Below are positions 20,947 to 34,593 of a stretch of DNA of 64,000 nucleotides, in pieces (within the stretch, counting starts at the first letter, position 1; every line of letters begins with the position of its first letter). Position numbers and translations under genes: made by a program. Source of the DNA: Thalia democratica. Taxonomy: Eukaryota. The stretch lies in contig OZ241828.1 of the NCBI GenBank assembly GCA_965202585.1, positions 17,608,001-17,672,000 on the forward strand, written 5' to 3'. Under the pieces are notes generated by a model. That model was not told where the DNA came from. It did not search any database and saw only the letters and a program-made list of their open reading frames with translations.

Positions 20947-22359
20947 TTATATCGATATGGTTTCTAAGAACCATGGCACCTTGACGCACGAAAACCTATC
21001 TTTTGTTTGCATGGTCGCGCAGGGTTTTTTCGACCATTCGCTCCCATCAACGTCGTAACAAGCAACGTGAGGCTCTCCGCTTTGAAAAATTGCGATCACG
21101 CCTCCGAACGCCACCGCTCCGTGCACGGTCGTTTCCCACAGGTAAGGCGGCGATTTGATGGAAACGAAACTGCCGCCAACGTCGTCGAAAACCTCGCAAT
21201 CTCCAGCTCCGTCCCCGAAAACATACAACTTTTGCCGCAAGGCCACCGTGTAGTGACGGCCCCTGCAGCGGATCATGCTCGGCATTGCCAGCCACTTGTC
21301 GTTGGCGTGATCGTAACGCTCCGCCCAGTTCAGCCTCTTGTGCTGCTGATCCATACCGCCGGTGACCACGACCGTTCCGTTGAAAAGCGCGCACGCTGTC
21401 ACTGCCCTCGCGCCCACCTTCATTTCGGCCAGCTCTTTCCACTCGAAGCCGGCCGTGTCCAGTTGCAAGCAAGAGCCGTGGACGGGGTACGGATATTCGG
21501 GAGACCAGCCCCCGAAAGTTAAAATTTTGTTGGCAACGGCGCAAACGGAAAAGCTGTGGCGCGCGTCGAAGGCGTCTGCCACTTTCGTCCACGTGTTGTT
21601 GGCTGGTGAGTACCTTTCAACGTACATTTCATAGTGCTCACAGCCATCTAAAACGTAAACTTCCCCTTCAATGCAAACTGCTTGGATATCATGTCGTTCT
21701 GCCAGCATGGGGGGAAGAGCTTCTGCGCTTTTAAAATCGCACAACTGGATGACATCTCTGCAGTATTCGACGGGTTTAAAACCAGAGAGATACTTCAAAT
21801 CTCCTAGAATTAGTAAGTTAGAACTTGCCCTATAAGAATAAAGGCTAATGCAATTGACTCCTAACTTATTACGAAAAAAAAAATTTTGATCATGCAACAC
21901 ATCTTTGAACACTGTAATACCTTCATCAGTTTTGTAATACAATGAAGACTCACTGAAAAGTCTTTTTAAAACACCTTTTGATAGTGAGTAAACACGTAGT
22001 TTTAACAAAAGGTTTTTGGCAAACTTACCACGTTCCTTAATTTTGTAAGTTAGCCAACTTTCGGCTGCACGAAGCACTTTAAGTTCTAACTTTGCAAGTA
22101 AACTGGAACTTGAAAGTAGTTTTACTACAGAAATATATTCCAGTTCTAGAAAACTTATAGTTGCAACTACCAAAGTAAAGCACTCTTCCATGAAATTGAT
22201 GGAAAATTTCGAAATTGTTTTTAAATCAAAAACTTCTACTAATTTATACAACATAATTACATTTTTAGCAGAAAATTTTTCTTTTATTTTATTGTACCAT
22301 TCTCTTTCACAACTCGTTGTGGTGTTAATAAAAATCTTCTTCTTTTTAATATAAAACAT
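20947..22359 (-). CDS. Kelch-like protein (BACK + ~5-6 Kelch blades, BTB absent or vestigial), copy 2, 470 aa
   Basis: BACK-type FLELEYISVVKLLSSSSL..ELKVLRAAESWL and Kelch signatures (VYVLDG..VERYSP..W; ILTFGG; VVVTGG..AERYD..KW; KLYVFG). Intronless. The upstream ATG (22410) is cut off by TAG at 22375-22377. Confidence 0.85.
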   Translation of the reverse strand: MFYIKKKKIFINTTTSCEREWYNKIKEKFSAKNVIMLYKLVEVFDLKTISKFSINFMEECFTLVVATISFLELEYISVVKLLSSSSLLAKLELKVLRAAESWLTYKIKERGKFAKNLLLKLRVYSLSKGVLKRLFSESSLYYKTDEGITVFKDVLHDQNFFFRNKLGVNCISLYSYRASSNLLILGDLKYLSGFKPVEYCRDVIQLCDFKSAEALPPMLAERHDIQAVCIEGEVYVLDGCEHYEMYVERYSPANNTWTKVADAFDARHSFSVCAVANKILTFGGWSPEYPYPVHGSCLQLDTAGFEWKELAEMKVGARAVTACALFNGTVVVTGGMDQQHKRLNWAERYDHANDKWLAMPSMIRCRGRHYTVALRQKLYVFGDGAGDCEVFDDVGGSFVSIKSPPYLWETTVHGAVAFGGVIAIFQSGEPHVACYDVDGSEWSKKPCATMQTKDRFSCVKVPWFLETISI

Positions 22360-23365
22360 AACTCCATTTTTACCCTAATTATTACCTTTAAAAGAAAGTT
22401 TGATTAACATACTTTTTGTAAATTATAAACAAATTGATTTAAAACTCTCAAGTTAGTTTTTAGTTGCTGATAGAATTTAGGTTATTTTACTATTTAACGT
22501 AAAAAGTAAGATCTTTTTAAACTTAATAACGTATACTACTGATCATAGTTTTTTTGGACTTTGGCAAATTTTATGTGTGTTATCTTGCTTGAGACACAGA
22601 AACATATTTAAGTTCAATAAAGAAAGTGTACTGTAAACATTTGTTGTTATTATATATTGAATAATATAAATGAATACTAGGTTATCGAAATTGAACTATT
22701 CAAATTACTTTTGAACTAATTTAAATTTTATATTTTAAATTATTAGCTTAACTGTATGATTAAATCAAAATATTTGAAAACAACTTTATTCTCCATTTTT
22801 CAATCCTTATGGAATTTAAAACTGTAACAGGATATCAACTTGATTACTGTTTAGATTTGGTTTGAAGTTTTGAGCTAAAAGTTAATTCAAGCGGTTAAGA
22901 GAAAGCTTGCAAATTAATATTTTATTTACTTATATATTATATAAATTTATATATCAAATAAAATAATACTTAGGGCACTTTGTCATTTTTTAGCTGTGAC
23001 TGTTACTGGTTGTATGTATTTCCTTTTGTTTATTATGTTTACCATTTCGTATTTTACGAGAGCTTGTTATGTGAAGTTTCACTAAAATTATGTGCTATAA
23101 AGTAAGTTATATGTTTATATAAATGAATAGCTTATTATAATTTGATAGTTTGTTTTTCATTAGAAGAAATAGGTAAATTAGTTAAACAAATAAATGAAGT
23201 TTAAAGTAATTGAAAAGTAAAATTACAAACTATTTGTTTACTGTAGTTTGCATAGAAACAAAAAATGTTGTGAAAATTTAGAAAGAAATGCATTTGAAAG
23301 GGCATATTACGTAAGATGTATATTTTAAGAAAAAAAAATTTCGCTCAGTATTAGTGCTAAGCTTT

Positions 23366-23495
23366 TAGGGTGGAGGCGGGGACGTGGTGGTTACGGGAGA
23401 GCGACAGCGTGTGGTGAAGAACCCGTAAACTTTTTTAATTTTTTTTTTTCTAAAGTCGATATGGTGCAATCTTGTGGGTTTGCGACACCTAGCGG
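23366..23495. promoter_or_regulatory. GC island, candidate promoter (unit 2)
   Basis: Essentially identical to 10567-10695. Confidence 0.5.
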
Positions 23496-23598
23496 ATAAA
23501 AAAATTAGAAATTTAACTTTGATTTTTATTTAAAATAAACTAATTTCGCGATGTGTTTAAAATTCGTAATCAATTAGGCAGTTTTACAATTTTTTTAG

Positions 23599-24313
23599 AA
23601 TTCAGAGCTCAAAAACCTCGGGAACTTCTTTAAGATAATGGAAAGATTTACGGTTTTATATTTAATGAAAGATTAGCGTTATTATAATGAACTAAAGTCT
23701 AAGTTTTAACAAGTTTTTTAAAGTCAACAAGTTAAACTGCGTATATTATAAAATCTATGAAAAACTGTGAAAATTTATTAAATTTTATTGCTTTGATTTT
23801 AAGTAAATGAGCTGTATTAAATTTATTTAAACTATAACAACATAAATAACAAGCTATTTAAAAACTAACATTAATTGAAGCAATTACAGCAAAAGCTAAA
23901 CTACAAAGTAAAATTTCATTTTTAAGTGAACTAATTAATGTTTTTTTTTGAATTCGGATAAACTTAATAATAAATGCATATTTCTAAGTACAACATTTCT
24001 AAAACAGCACTCATTACAGCAGATTAATCAAGGTAATGGAGTACAATACAAAACCAGAAAAAGTTGGTTTGAATATTTATGTTAAGCTTAAAGCCTTGTG
24101 AAATTTTATATTTATTATCACGCTTCTATTACATAACTCGTAATTATTTGTCCTTTACAGTTCAAATAATATTTTTGTTTGATAGTACGATTGTTATAAT
24201 TAACTGTAGCCCGCCTAAAACTTTTCTTCTATGTTCCGCGAGCAACTACTTCTAGCAAAATCGATCTAACACTTGTAAAAGGTTGCCGTACGCTCTACTT
24301 CACAAATGTATAG
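23599..24313 (+). CDS. Candidate three-exon microprotein gene, B-type, frame intact
   Basis: Exons 23599-23652 (phase 0-0), 24008-24080 (or to 24032; phase 0-1) and 24210-24313 (phase 1 to stop). Splices to NSELKNLGNFFKIMERFT-HSLQQINQGNGVQYKTRKSWFEYL-SRLKLFFYVPRATTSSKIDLTLVKGCRTLYFTNV*. Several synonymous differences between paralogues. Confidence 0.5.
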
Positions 24314-24995
24314 CAAATAGTTTTTCTTGTAAACATTATTGTTGTTTTCTTTTTAAAGTTTGCAGTTTGTTTTAACACGCTAAAACGTATTTTAAAAGAG
24401 CTATACATAAAAGCTGTATCTTAAATCAAGAAAAGCTGTATAGAAATCAGTAAAAGCTTAGAAGTAGAGCAACGAATAAAACTTATGAAAAGTTGTTAAC
24501 TCATGTTTGTTTGTTATTCAAAAAAAGAGATTTTTAAGTAAATTTTCTGTCTATGTATGAACTCATGTTAAATTTATTAAAAGTTTACAATAAAAATGAT
24601 TTTTTTTTTCAAAGCTTACAAAAGTTTCAGTAATTCTTCCACTTTCATTAAATACTAACGTACAAAATTAAAGGTTCGTATTTAACTAAACATAAATTTT
24701 TTTGAATCAAACATTGTTTGTTTTTTCTCTGGTTGGAGTAAACTTTACATATAAATGCATATAGTTCCTAAAACAGTAGTCATTACAGTCATAAAAGCAG
24801 ATTAAGCAAGGCGATGGAGTAAAGTACCCACCCAGACAAAACGGGTCTGAATCTCGGCAAAACTTATATCAAGCTTAATTTTACATTAAACTTTTATTAT
24901 AATTATCAGGCTTTTAATCAAAATTTGTAACCACTTATCCTTTATAGTTTAAAATCGTGTTTCTTATTGAATACAATTATTTCATGTAACTTTAG

Positions 24996-25099
24996 CCCGC
25001 GGAAACTTTTTATATATTCTGCTCGCAACTCTTCCTAAAAAGAATGGCCTTTTACCTATAAAAGGTTGCCGTACCTTGTATTTTACTCGTGTAAAATAA
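24996..25099 (+). other. Paralogous terminal exon of the duplicated small gene (B-type)
   Basis: TTTAG|CC CGC GGA AAC..., phase 1, open to RGNFLYILLATLPKKNGLLPIKGCRTLYFTRVK*. No in-phase donor found for its upstream QIKQGDGVKYPP exon. Confidence 0.4.
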
Positions 25100-25479
25100 A
25101 TAGTCTATTTTCTAAATAGTATCAATTTTTTTTTATTATAAAATGTATTATCTATGTCTGGTGTACTACCTGACAAAAAGCAAGTCGTGTTTGTTATGCG
25201 CAAATTATAAGTAGTTTATAAAAAATATCACAGTAAAGTAATGTTCAAAAAATGTATAAATAATAGAAATTAAAAGTAGAACGGATTTTACATTAAAGTG
25301 TGTATTTTGATTTTAAAATTAGCCGCAATAAAATAAACTAAATATTAAATAAACTCTACTTAACAATTTATCTTTCAACTTGTCATAAGCAAAAAGCTAA
25401 ATGTCTATTAATCGGAAGTTTGAAATAGTAGCTATAGCCAGTTAACATAAGCTTTAATTCTTTTTGAAAAAGATTCATT

Positions 25480-25517
25480 TAAGCACTGACGATGTCTTTG
25501 ACCGAAACTTAGTTTGT
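25480..25517 (+). ncRNA. Degenerate hammerhead motif, unit B
   Basis: Same sequence as 12638-12675. Confidence 0.55.
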
Positions 25518-27206
25518 AAAATAAAATCTTGAAAGAATAAATTCATTATTTCTCCTATAGTAGCTAGTTAAGTGCTTTATCTGAACTCGAAATCGGTAAA
25601 CTTAACATAATAATTCTAAAAGTTAAGTATTGAGTACACAGAGATTTTATAGAAACTAAATACCTATACAAAAAAGATATCTTTAGACCCCAACTAACAT
25701 TATACAAGAAAGTATTTTTGTAGTTTTTTGTGTACGCAAAAACGTATATGTGTTTAAAGTTGTTTCAATTTAGTTGAAAAATAACCGAAAGGCTTGCGTT
25801 AAGTTTAAAATAACGAGCTGAAACAATTTTTTTATTAATTAAAATGACACAAAAGTTTCGTTGTTAAAATTTGTTGGTATACTGTAACTTTCTACCAAAA
25901 TTTATGTATAGTTTAGCAGTTTTAAATTAATCAAAGAGCTGCGTTTAAAGTTTTAAAAAAATATTTGGTATCCAGTTAAACTTCTCAATAACAGGTTCAG
26001 AATGATTAAGTAAAAACTAATAGATAATTTCTACTTATTTAAGCTATAATTTTCAGCTTCAAGCTGGGTAATAATTAAATTGTATTTTATCGCGTTCATG
26101 TGATTTCTTTAGCAAGTTTCTTACTTTTATAAGTTTATTATATAACCTCTAACTTATTTTGATAATATACTGCATTGACAAAAGTAAAAATATACAAAAT
26201 ACAACCAGGCTTGGTAGAAACAATTTCCAGCAAAGTTGCCATAAAAAGTGTCATTCGACTTTAGAACAAGTTAATTTCATTTATACTGTAGAAATCAGAT
26301 TTCATTATATAAAATTAGTAGCTTTTAACTTCCCAAGTTGCCAAAACACGACATTGTTAGAGTGAAAACTTGCAGTAGCTAATAACTCGTACTTTAATAG
26401 TGTTTATTCTACCAAAATTTAGTTTTAAAATAGGATATTTTAGTGATAGCTGCAGCCTGCAGTAATCTTATTCTTTATAAAGTGCAGCCCGTGAATAACT
26501 CAACATAGAAAAATGACTCTTTAATTGTCAAGTCTGCCAATTTAACTGATAAGGAAATGCTGTAGCTACATAACTTTTAATTGAAATTAACACAAATTTA
26601 GTTTTTTTAGGAAAAATTCGTAATAAATTTTTGTTAGGTTTTCACACCAGAGCCCTACAGTGTTATTTGACGTGAGAACCTAAACAAATCACAATATATT
26701 TTAATAACATGTTCATAGTTTATAAACAAGCACGAAGAAATTTGCAAAGCAGGTCCTTTTTTAAATACATACATGGACAGCAAAATATTTCAGTTTAAAC
26801 GCCGTTGATCAAGAAAACAATAATTTTTTTGGAACCTTAACTACGTTCGTAAAATCTACCATTCAGTCATGATATTAACAACTGCAAGACTACCATGATG
26901 AAAAAACTAGTACATACTAATTATCTCGTTAAATATAATTAACCGAATTATGCTTATTAAACGTCTTGGTCTTTACCCTTTTTTTGTTCGATGCATATTC
27001 AACTTTTTATAACAACTTTAGTAAGGGGCTATTTCTTATCAGAATTATGCAGTGCACAAATAATTGTAAATACAAAACATTTAAATTGATTTTTCAACTT
27101 TTGTAACCTTATATTATTCTGTAACTTTATTTTAGATAAAAAACAATTTATAACAGAACACAATTTATTTAATACACAAAAAAAACATAATACTTGAAGA
27201 TTGCAT

Positions 27207-30200
27207 TCATTCCATGTTTTTCACACGTCCAACGTCAGCAACAAATGAAGACAATCGGAAAGACCTGTAAGAATAATATACAATTAATAAAACGGAAAAA
27301 TTATTGATGCTTTTTAAACTAAAAATTAGTAATATTTCATTTAATAATTAAAACACATTAGTGAACAGATGCCGTGAAAAGTGGCTAAAACTCAAACGTC
27401 AACGTAACATATAATAAAAATGCATCCTTCAAACTTGTAGCTTTTGCAGTCAAAACAACAGTTTATTAACAATTTACAAATAAAAAAATGCAAGCAAGCA
27501 ATACAAACTAAATAAATTTATCAATTTTAATAATTAAACGTGTTCAAAGTTTAGATAAAATCATATAACTTAGCTATTAAATACCACAAAGAAATAAATT
27601 ATAGTTCTGTGAAACAAAATAGCTTCCACAGCTTCAAACTTTTTAATAACCTCTATTTCACAAGTACTATATTTTAGTCTCTTTAAAATTAATTTTAGAC
27701 TAGTAACAAAAATTATAGTAAAACAATAAAAAAACATACAAGTTTAAAATGTTAGCTACAAATTCTAAATGTTATTGAAAAATAACACCAGCTTTTTAAT
27801 TTGACTTAAATCAGTTTATCTTAAAACTTATAAAATTTATACAAATGTAAACAACAAATAAATAAAGACGTTTGAATGATTAAAATTACCAACACTTTTT
27901 TTACTTTTAACAAGTTTGATTGAGCAATGCTTACAAATCTTAAATAACTTATTTTCTTTACAAAAGATAATAAGTACTCAAAAAATAAATTAATAAAACA
28001 AAAATTCGAGTAAATTTGAAAAAATAATTATAACAGCAATCGAAACAAACGATATAAAATTTATAAATTATAAAATCTAAATAAGATAATTAGAAGGAGC
28101 ATAGACTATTTAAAAGCTTTTTTTTTCAATCATAGTTGTCACAACTGTTATTAAATTTAGTAAATAAAAATTTATTTACATTAAAACAGATTAAAATATT
28201 ATAATAAATTGGACAAAATAAAATGAGAAAATACTGCACTATTTGTTGGTCTAGTAATTTAAACAAATGTAATTTAATAACTCTCAAATTTGCTATGATA
28301 CACCGCTAAGATAAACATTTTATTTAATTTTGGTTAAGTTAATAAATACATATTTTTTCTTTTTTTCAAAATAAACAGTCGATTTATAAATCAAAACTCT
28401 ATTTAACTATATAAAACACCAAGCACTAAAGAAACACTTTGGATTTATTTAAAAAATTTCAGTATCAGATTATTTTTTCTATACGTTCAACAAAACAGGT
28501 TTTTAATTATTTGTAATTGTAATTACTTACTTATTGTTCCACTTCGCACAATTTATGAGATTTAGTGACAGAGAGGTCCACTGGTTCCGCATCAAGTGAT
28601 TTGGCATCGGTGAACCAATTCAAGACACTGAAAAAAAATTATAAATATTACAATTCATAGAGTTGATTTAAACTGGTATTAAATATTTAGTAAAGCATTT
28701 TATTTAAACACAATAGGTATATAGAATATGTAAAAATTTGTGGCCACATTGTTAAATATTAAGCATGTTCCATCACAATTGTCATTGTTTTCTTATGATT
28801 TCTTAATAAGATAACTAGCAAACTAAATTTCAATAAATTTCTTTAAAAATATAAAAACTAAGTATAATGTGCAACAGTTGTATGAAAAATGTTAGCAGGA
28901 ATAATTAAAACGACATATTCTGTAAAAAAAGTTTTGAGGTTATTGTTCTGATAAGTTCAAATTTCTTAGTAAACTGAACTGTATACAGTAACCTCTCGCT
29001 TATTTACGCACATTGTGTCCACAGAAAAAGTGCGTAAAGATATGAAGGATCGTAAAGATACGAGAGGTATCAAATATACTTACTATAATGGCTGTTTTTT
29101 TATATTGCTTCTGGTTAAAAGCAGACTGGAGACTTTCCCATTTTTAACTATTTGTTTACTTTATTTATAAATATGAAAACAAAAGATAGAAATATACTTA
29201 TATTTAAAAAAGGAAATTAAATTTTTATAAAACAATAGTACTTTTAAGGTTATAATCCAATTTTAAATAAATAACACTTGTAGAAAAATTCTACTAATTT
29301 TAATAACAAGTAGATTTTATCTTTATATTTATTCATATGTGACTAGTTTTAATACTTAACATTTTATATTCTGTTCTACTTAGCAAATTCAATTTATAAT
29401 TGAGCATTGTTTACAATTAAGAAATGCTGTGGTGTTTATATTAAAATGTGCTTATATAACCTTATAGAAAAATATGCATTTGGTGCTATAATAGATTTCT
29501 TCTTTTGAATATTAGTATATAAAGAATAAGAAAAATGTTTAATAAAAATTGTTTGTTTTACAACAATTTTTTTTTAATTTGACCTTTGTCAACAAAAGGA
29601 TAAACTTGTCTTGCATGGAGTGCACTTTTTGCTAAGAAGTTTCATTTAATTTCATTTTTTGATGTTTATTCATATAAAGGGCAAGAGTGCTGTATTATTT
29701 ATCTGTGTCTTAAACTCTTATTATTCGAGTTTACTTTCATTATTTGACAAAGTCATATTTCTTACAGAATTTTAATTTAATCTCTTATTGTTAACAACAT
29801 TTCTGATATACTGAGGTATAACTAGATGTTTATCAACTTAGTAAAGGAACATAAGTTTACAAAGTCTAAAGATATATAGAGGTGAGTTAGCATTTAAAAA
29901 TATACAATAAACCTAACTTCAGCAATATTAAAAAAAAAAAGATCTTTTTAGAATTCTAAAATGCGTAACTAAACGAGAGTGCGTAACGTCACGAGTGCGT
30001 AAAGATCCGAGAGGTTACTGTAATTATTTCTTGACATTCAGATTAAAATGTCAAGTTGACTAAAAGCTTTGTAGATTGTTGTAGATGAAAAGTTTATAGA
30101 AGTTCAAATGACCAATTTTTAGAGAGCATATTTTTCTTTTATAAACTTTGTAAATTGAAACTGTGAAAAACACTCTTAAAAGTATTATTAATTTTAAACA

Positions 30201-32793
30201 ACTAATTTTGTAATATGTACTATGATTACTTAATTTAAACTACTGATATGAAAACACACTGTTCAAATATTACTTACATTTCAGGCCACCTGTATTGAAC
30301 AATAAATTTTACTACTATTTTTTATGCTTTACTACACCACTATACATATTAAACACAACATTATAAGATACTAAGTTTTACAAGTACTATATTTTAGTCT
30401 CTTTAAACTTAATTGTAGATTTGTATACAATATATACAAGTTAACATGTAATAAAAAAGCATCCAACAAACTTGTAGCTTTTGCAGTCAAAACTACAGTT
30501 TGATAAAAATTGACAAAAAATTAAATGCAAGCAAGCAATACAAACTAAATAAATTTATTAACTATAATAATTATATGTGTTTAAAGTTTAAATAAAATCA
30601 TATAACTTATAAATAAAGACGTTTGAATGATTTAAATTACCATTTTATTGAAATTAACAACACTTTTTACTTTTAACAAGTTTGTTTGAGCAATGCTTAC
30701 AAATCTTAACTAACTTATTTTCCTTTCAAAAGATGATAAATACTCACATAATTAATTTACCAAACAAAAATTCGAGTTTAAATTATTAAAATAGAAATCA
30801 AAACAAACAAATGAAATTAATCAATTATCAAACATAAATAAGATATTAGAAGGAGCATACACTATTTAAAAGCTTTATTTTTTAATCATAGTTGTTGCAA
30901 CTGCTAATAACTTTTTCTCTACTAAATTTAAGTACATTAAAACAGTTTAATATATTATAATAAATTTGACAAAATTTACATTGCTCAATATGAGAAATTA
31001 CTGCAATATTTGTTGGTTTAGTAAGTTAATCATATGTAACTTTAATAGTTATCAAGTTTGCTATGATAGACCGCTAAGATAAACATTTTATTTAATTTTG
31101 GTTAAATTAATAAATACATATTTTTCCTTATGTTCAAAATAAACAGTCGATTTATAAATCAAAACTCTATTTAACTATATAAAACCCCAAGCACTAAAGA
31201 AACACTTTGGATTTATTACAAAAATTTCAGTATCAGATTATTTTTTCTATATGTTCAACAAAACAGTTTTTAAATTATTTGTAGTTGTAAATACTTACTT
31301 ATTGTTTCACTTAGCATAATCAATGAGATTTAGTGACAGAGAGGTCCACATCAGTGATTTGTCATGGTCAATGATTTAATTTAAGAACAGAAACTGAAAA
31401 AAAAACAAAGTTATAAATAATATAATACATAAAGTTGATTTAAACTGGTATTTTTATTAAAATAGTCATGTGTGTGCATGTCTAACAACTTAAGTAAAGT
31501 ACACACAACTGTTTTGCAAACAGACATTATAAATTTGTATAAAAAAACATAAAAATATTACTTTTAATAAATGTGTTTTATTCATTATAAATACAAACAA
31601 GTTGGTTTACATTAAAAATAATTCTCATAGTATAAAAACAACATTGCCACTCTATAAAACAAAAAACTATCCTTAGTGACCTTGTACAGTCTTAAGTCAT
31701 CCTGTGCTTTTTTTCAAATCATATTAAAAATCTTAATTTAATTGAAATAAACTTTTCAAATCAATATAAATCATGTTTTAAAATAAAACAGGTTATAAAA
31801 TATCAAAACATTGTTACTGGACCAACTTTATCTGTATCAAGATCTAGAAAAAAACTAGCCTAAGACTTTTAAAAACATAAAACTATTTTGAGTTGTCCTT
31901 ACTCAACCTTAGTTAGATTTAAAAAATTTAAACTCTGCTGAACAATATTGAGTATTTTGAATGTATGGCAAGCATGATACAAAATACTTATAAACTTTTG
32001 GTAAAAATGAAAAGTATTCTTAATTTGATCTATTTTTATAACATTACACTTATATAAAGATAAAATGTTTTAAGAACAAGTGTTGCTTAAGAAAAAATTA
32101 ATTCTATATATTTAGATATATAAATGTAAAAGTACTGGGTGTAAGGGACTGGGGTGGGGGCTTATAAATTTATATGTTCATCTGTTTACCAGAGGTCTTA
32201 ATCACTTTATCTACTTTATAGATAGCTGATGTATCAATTAAATGTTATTTGTCATCAGTCACCTAAAGGTTAGAATTTTTTCTATACCCTTAATAGGTTT
32301 TAACCAAAACGCTTTGTTGAAATTTTAGCATGGGTGCCATACTTTCAGAAAAAAAGAATAGTTTAAGTTTGTGTATCAGGTTAAAACTTTTTTTAAAAAC
32401 TTGTAAATAGTTATATAAAATAGTTATTTACTGCTATGATCAAATTATATGTTAATGAAACTAAAGCTTTTAGCTTTTGTGTTTTACGAGGTAAAATGTA
32501 TTATACTGTTATCTTAATCTTCAAATTACATACATGGTTTGTCTTATAGTATGGCTCTGTTTGATATATAAGAGTTAAACAACTCTAAGTTGTAGTTAAT
32601 AATACTATAATTGAAATATACTCACCACTGTACTATACCAAAAACTTGCAGAAATAAATTTATTGGGTGGATTGTATAAGAAGATATTCTTGTAAACAAA
32701 CTTTCAAAACACTAGGTGCTTATTTCGTTTTAATAAGTATTCGCTGTTCAAATACTAGTCATATCACTTACAACAGTATTGAGTATTGACATT
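27207..32793 (-). pseudogene. Multi-exon minus-strand locus, unit B
   Basis: Same exon chain as 14339-18904. The 96-nt exon is 97 nt here (28531-28627, frameshift), and the pogo-like element lies in an intron. Confidence 0.5.
28986..30020. mobile_element. Non-autonomous Tc1/mariner-superfamily (pogo/Tigger-like) element, 1,035 bp
   Basis: 13-bp perfect TIR CAGTAACCTCTCG, TA TSD, and subterminal TTACGCAC/TGCGTAA repeats. The empty site CTGAACTGTA-TA-ATTATTTC is visible in A units (~16101). Confidence 0.92.
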
Positions 32794-34593
32794 CTATATG
32801 AAAATATTAACTTTTTTTATAACCGATAAATATCAATATGTACGGAACCCAATTTACAAATTAATTTAAAAAAAAAAACGTTTAAAATAACCAATCTATA
32901 CAATTAAAAATCAAAAAAATTAAATTCTTGCAATATTCACAAATTTAAACATACTATCAAAAAATTACAAAATGTTAAATTTGACTAATAAAACTAGGTT
33001 TTAATAAAAACATTTTTAATAGATTTCTTTATAAAAATTGTTACAACAGAAGTATTTATTTTTACATCTATAAAACTCGCACAAATAAACGTTTTAGAAC
33101 GTTTGTATAATGTTTCAATTTTTTTTTTTAAATAGAGTAGTTTTATCCGTGAAAAACTATGTGGATGAAAGTTAAACTTCAAAACAGGAAAAGAAAGCAG
33201 TTACTAGTTAATGTTATATTTACCAGACCAAAAAAGTACAGAAAAACAAGTTTAATATTTTTTTGTTTAACAATACATATGGTTGAAAAAGTTTAATTTT
33301 TGCTTCAGAATTTAAAGAATATTAAAATTTATTTTTGGAATTTTTACATAACAGTTTATACCATATATTTTTAAATTTAAAAGCGTCAATAAACCTAAAC
33401 AAGTTAAAACGTCTTATTTTTGTATTGTATGTCTATAAAAATAAACAGTAGTTAAGTTGGTGTCTATTGTTAATGTTATTTTAGTTTATAAACTTTTCAG
33501 TTGTTGGTTTTATAAGTATGCATGTAAAACCGCGGTTATTTTTCTTAATGATTTTTGTAAAAAAAATATCTTTAAAACTTAACTTTTATCAATACTTGTG
33601 CAAATGATATAAAAACTCCAAACTTAAATATTAAATTAATTCAATAACTGCTTACTTAGATGCTTTAAACAGCTTTCTTATGATATGATTATGATTTACT
33701 AAACTTAAGTAAAAGAAAAAAAATGTAGCATAATAAAGTTAAATAAGCATTTGTAAGCAAATTTTAAAATTTTTCTAGTAACTAATATTGTTTCAAACAA
33801 AAAAGTTTATGTAAAAAAAAAAATTACAAAACAAATAGTAAAAACTTTTTTAACTTTTTATATCATATATCAATATAAAACACAGCAAACAGCTTGATGA
33901 GTAGTGATGACACGACAATAAAGGAATTGCTTATTTATGGTTGATACTCATTTTTTCTTAAAAGTTTTATCTTCAATTTACTACTCTTTGTATTAGCACT
34001 TATACATGCTACCTTTTGTTAACTTCTTACACTTAAATAATGATTTAGCCGCCACTAATAGCTGTAATAGTGCACCAGGTAGTAGGTTAAATGAAATGCT
34101 AAGTAGGTGGGGAAGTAGTGGTCACAAAACTTCGGCAACAAGTAGTCCAAGTAATTGAACTATTTGTAGTCCAAGTAGTTGGACAACCTGTAGTACAATT
34201 AATTGAACAACCTGTAGTCCAAGTAAATAAATGTTAAATAAAAATGGTGTACATTAATTTTTTTTTCATACAAATAGATTTGAAATAATGACCAACAAAA
34301 TTCAATAGGATTATATCGGCTAGATCCGCATAGTAATTACTAATTGGGATACTGCCAGATCCAGATATAAAAAGGGATTATCATGCTTGATCCGGTATAT
34401 TATTAATTTGAACAGCCCCGTCAAGGACTAGTTTTATCTTGAATCGAACCGCCGATTAAAAACGTTGTCCACTTTTATACTAAACTAAAAAGAAATTTTG
34501 TAGTACTAGTAAATAAAGTTTAATAAACACTTAAACATTTCGACAAAACACTTTATTACTATATGAACACACTTTTGCATACAAACAGATCTT

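Noticed and set aside
28531-28627. PVDLS CtBP-binding motif (DAEPVDLSVTK) in the B-type exon
   Set aside because: It arises only through a +1 frameshift in B. Third-position variation among the four exon versions supports the other frame (WTSLSLNLIDYAKWNN), and the PVDLS frame has stops in the other copies.
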